Shown: positions 57,215 to 64,000 of the stretch, in pieces | Numbering within the stretch: the stretch's first letter is position 1 | How the letters are laid out: every line of letters begins with the position of its first letter | Origin: the human T2T-CHM13v2.0 reference genome, Homo sapiens | Direction: 5' to 3' | Length of the DNA stretch: 64,000 bases | NCBI GenBank assembly: GCA_009914755.4 | Contig: CP068257.2 | Location: forward strand, 34,208,001-34,272,000 | Notes under the pieces: generated by a model | Databases searched by the model: none | What the model saw: only the letters and a program-made list of their open reading frames with translations | What the model was told of the DNA's origin: nothing | Position numbers and translations under genes: made by a program

Positions 57215-57440
57215 GTAAAGAACTAAGACTTCACCTGGGTTTGAACCCCATCTCTGCCCCTTACCAGCTGGGTGACCTGGGCAAAGCATTTAACCTCGCT
57301 GTCCCAGCTTCTTCCATAGTGAAATGGGGACATGTATCAGTGTCTACCTCATAGGGTGATTGTGAGGATGAAACGAGTTGTTCCATATCAAGGGTCATGG
57401 ACATTATCAATGTTGAATAAATGTTGGTCACTGTTCTTAT
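57215..57440 (+). mobile_element. MIR element (nearly complete core and 3' region)
   Basis: 'acttcacctgggtttgaaccccatctctgccccttaccagctgggtgacctgggcaaagcatttaacctcgctgtcccagcttcttccatagtgaaatggggacatgtatcagtgtctacctcatagggtgattgtgaggatgaaacgagttgttccatatcaagggtcatggacattatcaatgttgaataaatgttggtcactgttcttatgatgg'. Confidence 0.85.
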
Positions 57441-58519
57441 GATGGCGTTGTTATTATGGATTGTGACTCCCCATCTTTCATTTAAGGAGATGCCACTTAA
57501 ATGGGCTCCACAACACAACATTCCTGCAAGCACAGACCAGGCACAAGATACCTGGTATCCTTCTGACAGCTCTTTTTTTTCCTGTATCAAAATGAAGCAT
57601 AAGATGAATGGGAAAAAGATGAGACACAGACTTTAAAAATCAATATCCTTATAACTATTCTTCAAATATAATCACCAATTATATTAATTATATTAATACT
57701 TATACAGAAGTGTAAGTCTCATCTATCTTATTAGATAGAATTCCAATGTGAATCCACCTTCAACCCTTTGAACAGCACTTCTGGTGAGGGAGGGTGGAAA
57801 TTCACACAGGGGACCCTTCCTGCGTTTCCACCCTGGCTCCCAGATGCCGCATTTTTCAGAGAAGTTTGCCTTGAACTTCCATGCACCTCCTCCTACCCCC
57901 TGCAAATTTACACACAGAGCACCTTTGTGAGCCGAAGACTGGGCACGGACAGAGCACAGAGAGGGCTTGTCAAAGTAAACGAGTTGATTCATGTGTAAAA
58001 ATCCCCCGACTGCGTTTACAGATTAAATTGGAAAAACTTTCAGCTGCTTTTGGTTGAAAATTCCACTCAAATATTTCATTGGATGCCTGTGCCTTCGGCA
58101 CATGGAGTTCCAGTGCTTGCACAATAGTCTGCACGTGCAAACACAAAGCTCGGTGGTCTGTGAGTGGCATGTGGCTTCAAAAGGTCTGTGTCATCTGATG
58201 GCCAATGGTTTCCTGCATATTTGCTGTATAAGCACATCCCTGTCCACGGATGTGCTGAATTAATGATAAGCCCACAAAGTTTAACAAGGTTCAGGTGGAG
58301 GGCTCTCGAATTTTTGAACTTCACAGCACTAGATGCTTGAATGAATCTAGCAACAGTAAATTCATTACTTTGTTGGCAGCTTGTGCCTCTTAATAAAGAG
58401 CTCCACTGATTAGGAAGAGACAGCTGTAGATCTGCATTGTTCCATGTAACAGCCACCAACCACTGTGGCCTTTGAACATTTAAAATGTGGCTAATCCAAA
58501 CCAAGATGTGCTGTACAGG

Positions 58520-60870
58520 ACCTGAACTCAGCTCTGGGTCAAGCAGACCCGACAGGTATGTACAGAACTCTCCACCCAAAACAACAGAATATACATTCTT
58601 CTCATTGCCACATGGCACTTACTCTAAAATTGATCACATAATCAGAAGTAAAACACTCCTCAGCAAATGCAAACAGAACTAAAATCATAATAGTCTCTCA
58701 GATCACAGTGCAATCAAATTAGAACTCAAGATGAAGAAATTCACTCAAAACCACATAACTACATGGAAACTGAACAACCTGCTCCTGAATGACTCCTGGG
58801 TAAATAATCAAAGTAAGGCAGAAATCAAGAAGTTCTTGAAAACCAGCACAAGACAAGTTCTGGCCAGGGCAATCAGGCAAAAGAAAGAAATAAGAAGTAT
58901 TAAAATAGAAAAAGAAGTCAAATTATCTTTGTTTGCAGATGACATGATCTTATATCTAGAAAACCCCATTACCTCAGCCCAAAAGCTTCTTAAGCTGATA
59001 AGCAACCTCAGCAAAGTTTCAGGATACAAAATCAATATGCAAAAATCACTAGCATTCTTATACATCAACAACAGGCAAACAGAGAGCCAAATCAGGAATG
59101 AACTCCTATTCACAATTGCTACAAATAGAATAAAATACCTAAGAATACAGCTAACAAGGGAAGTGAACCACCTCTTCAAAGACAACTACAAACCACTGCT
59201 CAAGGAAATCAGAGAGGACACAAACAAATGGAAAAACATTCCATGCTCATGGATAGGAAGAATCAAGATTGTGAAAATGGCCATACTGCCCAAAGTAATT
59301 CAATGCTAGTCCCATTAAACTACCACTGACATTCTCTGCAGAATTAGAAGAAACTATTTTAAAATTCAGATGAAACCAAAAAAGAGCCTGAATAGCCAAG
59401 ACAATTCTAAGCAAAAACAACAAAGCTGAAGGCATCATGCTACCCAACTTCAAATTATACTACAGTAACCAAAACAGTATAGTACTGGTAGAAACACAGA
59501 CACATAGACCAATGGAACAGAACTGAGAACTCAGAAATAAGATTGCACACCTACAACCATCTGCCCTTCAACAAACCTGACAGAAACAAGCAATGGGGAA
59601 AGGATTCCGTTTAATAAACGGTGCTGGGAGAACTGGCTAGCCATATGCAGAAAGTTGAAACTGGACTCCTTCTTTACACCACATACAAAAATTAACTCAA
59701 GATAGATTAAAGACTTCAATGTAAAACGCCAAACTATGGAAAAACCCTAGAAGAAAATCTAGTCAATACCATTCAGGACATAGGCATGGGCAAAAATTTC
59801 ATGATGAAAATGCCAAAAACAATTGCACCAAAGCAAAAATTGTCAAATGGGATCTAATTAAACTAAAGAGCTTCTGCACAGCAAAACAAACTATCATCAG
59901 TGTAAACAGAAAACCTACAGAATGGGAGAACCATTTTGCAATCCATCCCTCTGACAAAAGTCTAATATCCATGGTCTACAAGGAACTTAAACAAATTTAC
60001 AAGAAAAAAATACTAAAAAGTGGGCAAAGGACATGAACAGACACTTCTCCGGAGAAGACATACATGTGGCCAAAAAGTGTATGAAAAAAGGCTCAACATC
60101 ACTGATCAACAGAGAAATGCAAATCAAAACCACAATGAGATACCATCTCATACCAGTCAGAATGGTGATTATTAAAAAGTCTAAAAACAACAGATGCTGG
60201 TGAGGTTGTGGAGAAATAGGAATGCTTTCACACTATTGGTGCGAATGCAAATTAGTTCAACCATTGTGGAAGACAGTGTGGCGATTCCTCAAAGATCTGG
60301 AGGCAGAAATACCATTGGACCCAGCAGTCTCATTACTGAGTATATACCCAAAGGAATAGAAATCATTCTATTTTAAAAATACACACAAATATATGTTCAC
60401 TGTGGCACTATTCACAATAGCAAGACATGGAACCAACCCAAATGCCCATCAATGATAAACTGGATATAGAAAATGTGGTACATATACACCATGTATATAA
60501 TAATGATAAACTGGATAAAGTAATGATAAACTGGATAAAGTAATGATAAACTGGATAAAGAAAATGTGGTACATATACACCATGGAATATACTATGCAGT
60601 ATATATATACTATGCGGTATATATATATATCATAAAAAGGATCATGCCCTTTGAAGGGACATGGATGGAGCTGGAAGCCATAATTCTAAGTGAAGTAATG
60701 CAGGAACAGAAAACAAAACACTGTAAGTTCCCACTTATTATTGTGAGCTGAATGATGAGAACCCATAAACACATGGTGGGGAACAACACACACTGGAGCC
60801 TGTTGGGGGTAGGGGGAGGGAGAACATCAGGAAGAATGGCTCAGAATAAACAAATAAATAAATTAGATGT
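58520..60870 (+). mobile_element. L1 fragment (about 2.35 kb): ORF2 endonuclease-region piece, an internal deletion near 58845, then the reverse-transcriptase and C-terminal region through the 3' UTR. It contains a 192-codon open ORF2 remnant (58731-59309).
   Basis: The ORF translation contains the L1 ORF2p motifs '[70 protein letters not shown]'. Nucleotide runs match L1, for example 'aaatgggatctaattaaactaaagagcttctgcacagcaaaacaaactatcatcagtgtaaacagaaaacctacagaatgggagaaccattttgcaatccatccctctgacaaaagtctaatatccatggtctacaaggaacttaaacaaatttacaag'. Confidence 0.92.
60487..60560. repeat. Three-copy tandem repeat of about 24 bp ('aatgataaactggataaagt') within the L1 3' region
   Basis: 'aataatgataaactggataaagtaatgataaactggataaagtaatgataaactggataaagaaaatgtggtacatatacaccatg' expands the single L1 motif 'atagactggataaagaaaatgtggcacatatacaccatgg'. 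Confidence 0.9.
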
Positions 60871-61931
60871 GTTGTAAAATACACACCAAATTTCAAAGAC
60901 TTAGTACCCCAAAAAAGTCAACTAACTCATTAATAACTTTTTATAGTGATTATATGTTAAAATTTGGCTACAACGGATTAAAACATATTACTAAACTTTT
61001 TTTTTACCTTTATCATAGGGCTACTAGAAAAATTTAAATTACCCATATAGCTCACATTATATTTTAATTATATAATCTTAACCCAGAGTATTCATGAAAA
61101 CGAGAATCTCATAGAGGTAGCACAGGAATCTGCATGGTTAACAAGCATCCAAGTGATTAAGGTCACTGCTATTTGAAAACCCCTGACTCAGCAGTGACCT
61201 GAAGCACGAGTCAGGACACTTGGATTCTAAACATCATTCAGTTCTTTTTCTTACCTGGGACTCCATCTCCTCATCAATAGCATGAAGGGCTTGGATTAGA
61301 CCTGGAAAGTTGTCTGATTTAAGGCTTCCGATTCCATTATCCACTGATTGTCCATCAACCCATAAACCTAGGCCAGCAGATGTCCCCAGAGACTGAATGT
61401 ACCCAGATGGATACCAGATTCAGGCAGGTGTGACCTTAGGGAGGCTTTCCTGGTTTTTCACATCCTCCGGAGGACTCTGAAAGAATGGTCACCTGGGGGC
61501 TTCCCAGAGGAGTACAGCTAACTCCAGGGGAACCACATGGAACGTTGTCTGCATCAACATCCTTATCGCGACCAACTGCCCAAGGACTGCCATGTACAGC
61601 ACAGCCTCTCGATATGTCCCAGAGCAGACTCACACTCTTAGGCTGCCCTAAAAATGGCCAAGATTCCATGGATCAAACAGCAGAAGAATGCAGCCCGTCC
61701 CAAGGAAGGTTACTCGACTCAAGCTACCAACCTATTCAGCCAGAAGAATTCCTTTTCAGAAGCAGATTGGGAAACCAATTTTTTTTCCCCTATGGAACCA
61801 TCAATTTCACCTTTCCAAGATGACTCTGACGAAAGTTGCTAACCCACTCTTCAGAACCTTTGAAATTCATCTTTCTAATTGAAGGGAGGTTTTCCAGTGG
61901 GGAAAAAATGGCTCATTCGAAATAAGAATAA

Positions 61932-62235
61932 ATGTGTTCGGCGTCGGCGTCGCTCCGCGCGGGGGCTCCAGGCCGAAGTCTCGCCGCGGGCTGCGAGTCA
62001 AATGCCGGTGGTTAAGGGCGCTCGATAGGCCTCTACCCGTTTGGCGTTGGCTCTGGCGTCTGGGTCGTTGTGTCCTGACAACCGCTCAGGTAACCGTTTC
62101 CTAGACAGCGGGTGCGGCTACTTTAGCCCTGAGCGTGCTCTGCGGCTGCCTGCGGGTCTCAGCTAGTGTCCGACCCTTCTCTTCGCGGACTCCACGCCGA
62201 GCAGCCACCCTGAGCCAAGAGCCGGAAGTCCCGGC
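61932..62235 (+). other. CpG-island-like segment (about 30 CpG in about 300 bp) at the 5' end of the PPP1R2 retrocopy
   Basis: 'gtgttcggcgtcggcgtcgctccgcgcgggggctccaggccgaagtctcgccgcgggctgcgagtc...ccgcgg...cgcggactccacgccgagcagccaccctgagccaagagccggaagtcccggc'. The rest of the 64-kb window is CpG-poor. Confidence 0.7.
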
Positions 62236-64000
62236 ATTGGCGGCCTGGACAGCCTCGCACCGGCCAATCAAGGAGAACCTCAAGAACAACTTCCTCTATG
62301 ACTTCCTCTACGGCGGTGTCGGCCTAACAGCTCCACGGGAGTGTGGACGAGGAGCTGAGCAAAAAAATTCCAGAAGTGAGATGAAATGAACATCCTGGCG
62401 ACATATCATCCAGCAGACAAAGACTATGGTTTATGAAAATAGATGAACCAAGCACTTCTTCCCATCGTATTATAGGTGATGATGAAGATGTATGTAGTGA
62501 TACAGAGACCACTGAAACCATGGAACGAGATATCTTAGCTAAGAAATTCGCTGCTGCTTGAAGGCTCGGAGCCAAAGTATAGGGTTCAGGAATAAGATAG
62601 CAGCAGAGAGGAGGATAGTGACCTCTCACCTGAAGAACAAGAAAAAAAGCGACAATTTGAAATGAAAAGGAAGTTTCACTACAATGAAGGACTCAATATC
62701 ATCAAACTAGCTAGACAATTTCAAAAGACCTAAATGATGACGAAGATGAAGAAATGTTAGAGACTGTAGATGGAGAAAGCATGAATACGGAAAAATCAAA
62801 TCAAGGATCTACTGCAAGTGACCAACAGCAAAAGAAATCACGAAGTTCATAGAAGAGATTTGTTCAACGCTGCAATTGTTAGATATAAACCCTGTTACTA
62901 TAATGCATTGCTTCTTGTTCTCCACAATTCATGACTGAAGTACCAAAATGCATACCAGTTATTATATATTGCCAAGAATTAAATGATAACCTTATAGAGA
63001 CTGATAATGCCTAAAATATATTCTTGTGCATAGTACTTTACCACAAATACAGTGTAATATCATCAGTCCAAAACTGCATTACTTTTGTAAAAAACACTGG
63101 TTAATTTGTATAAGATATCATATAACTTTTTATGCTTTAGAGGTTAAACAATGTCTTTGGGGGGGAACATTTATTGTCATCACTCTAAATGTGGTGGTAG
63201 CTCTTATAAAGTTTGTTGTTGTTTTAATCAAAAGCCAACTGAACAGCATATAAAGACTGATAAATATTCAGGCTGAGTAGTATTTTAACGCTTGTCTTCA
63301 ACTTGATTTGTCTGTTTAATTGAAAAGGGTTGTAAGAGTTACCGTTGCATTTTCTGGCCTACTACCTTTAAAATTCCTGTTGTGTTTCTTTGTATTTACA
63401 AGGAAAGGTCTGAACTTTTTCTTGTCAAAACTAGCTTTTTTCCGACAAATAAATTATCAGGTTAAACTTGCACTAATGTCTCCTCTGTTTTTTGTTTTGG
63501 TTTTTTCTATTTTATGTTTTTGGTACACTGGGCAGACTTCAGAGCAGCTTTTTTTCAATAAATATTCTAATGTAGCTATCTCAGCATTCCCTTTAAATAC
63601 CTGTCTTAACCTCCTGCTTTTATTTCTTACCCCTTTCCTCACATAGGCACACAATCCTTTACCTTTTAAAGGATCATTAAGATTGTCACAACGTTAGGAA
63701 CTCTTTCTCTCACTCTTCTGTCATTTGCTGCAATATTGAAATTCTTATTTTGACCATCAATGCCTATGAATTCTTCTAATACACGAAGCAAATAGATTAA
63801 GTAGCAGCAGTACTATAGGCAGGAAATACAGTTTAACTGCTGAATTTCTATACCTCTCTCATTTACAGCTTGCTAATTAAATTGTTATTATCAGTTTTTT
63901 TGGCTTAATTAGACTTAAGAAAACAATTAACTGAGGGTTTTTTTGTTTTTTGGGTTTTTTTTTTTTTTTGCATGAGGAGAGAATTGTGTGTAACCAGTGA
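61932..64000 (+). pseudogene. PPP1R2: Processed (intronless) pseudogene derived from PPP1R2 (protein phosphatase 1 regulatory inhibitor subunit 2): a CpG-rich 5'UTR-like segment, a disrupted CDS homolog (about 62236-62852, with the ATG changed to ATT(G), several frameshifts and premature stops), and a 3'UTR-like AT-rich tail that runs to the window edge
   Basis: Translation of 62388 onward gives 'MNILATYHPADKDYGL', '...GSEPKYRVQE', 'EEDSDLSPEEQEKKRQFEMKRKFHYNEGLNI.KLARQ' and 'ETVDGESMNTEKSNQGSTASDQQQK', which match inhibitor-2. Upstream, '...ASHRPIK..LKN' matches the inhibitor-2 N-terminus. The CDS homolog is contiguous with no introns. Which numbered PPP1R2P paralogue this is cannot be determined here. 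Confidence 0.85.

Noticed and set aside
58076-58618. 180-aa ORF on the minus strand just upstream of, and overlapping, the L1 at 58520
   Set aside because: No recognisable domain or motif. The ORF crosses the L1 insertion boundary, and a real gene would not be expected to read antisense through the element junction. It is most likely a chance ORF.

Overview
This window is primate genomic DNA, almost certainly human. It contains at least 17 Alu elements, most of them full-length or nearly so, and several still have intact target-site duplications (TSDs). It also contains seven L1 fragments on both strands, three MaLR (THE1/MST-type) solitary LTRs, other LTR-class repeats, MIR fragments and many microsatellites ((GATA)n, (TG)n, (CT)n, (CATT)n). 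Together these cover roughly half of the window. I found no convincing spliced protein-coding exon, no RNA gene, and no CRISPR array. Nothing here has prokaryote-like operon structure. The long ORFs in the six-frame track are either inside repeats (the Alu ORFs, the L1 ORF2 remnant at 58731-59309) or have no recognisable homology. The one gene-derived feature is an intronless, frame-disrupted retrocopy of PPP1R2 (protein phosphatase 1 inhibitor-2) on the + strand from about 61932 to the end of the window. Its 5' end keeps CpG-island-like density. The remaining points of interest are structural. They are a twin-primed (5'-inverted) L1 with an Alu in its tail, a near-consensus AluY with a perfect 16-bp TSD (a candidate polymorphic insertion), an Alu split by a ~150-bp copy of sequence from 1.2 kb upstream, a 224-bp two-copy tandem duplication, a ~165-bp inverted repeat pair 5 kb apart, and a ~480-bp dispersed direct duplication. 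I do not see a novel biological system here. The window reads as an ordinary repeat-rich intergenic or intronic region with a few locally interesting rearrangements. Repeat family names come from recall of consensus sequences, not from a database search, so subfamily assignments are approximate.
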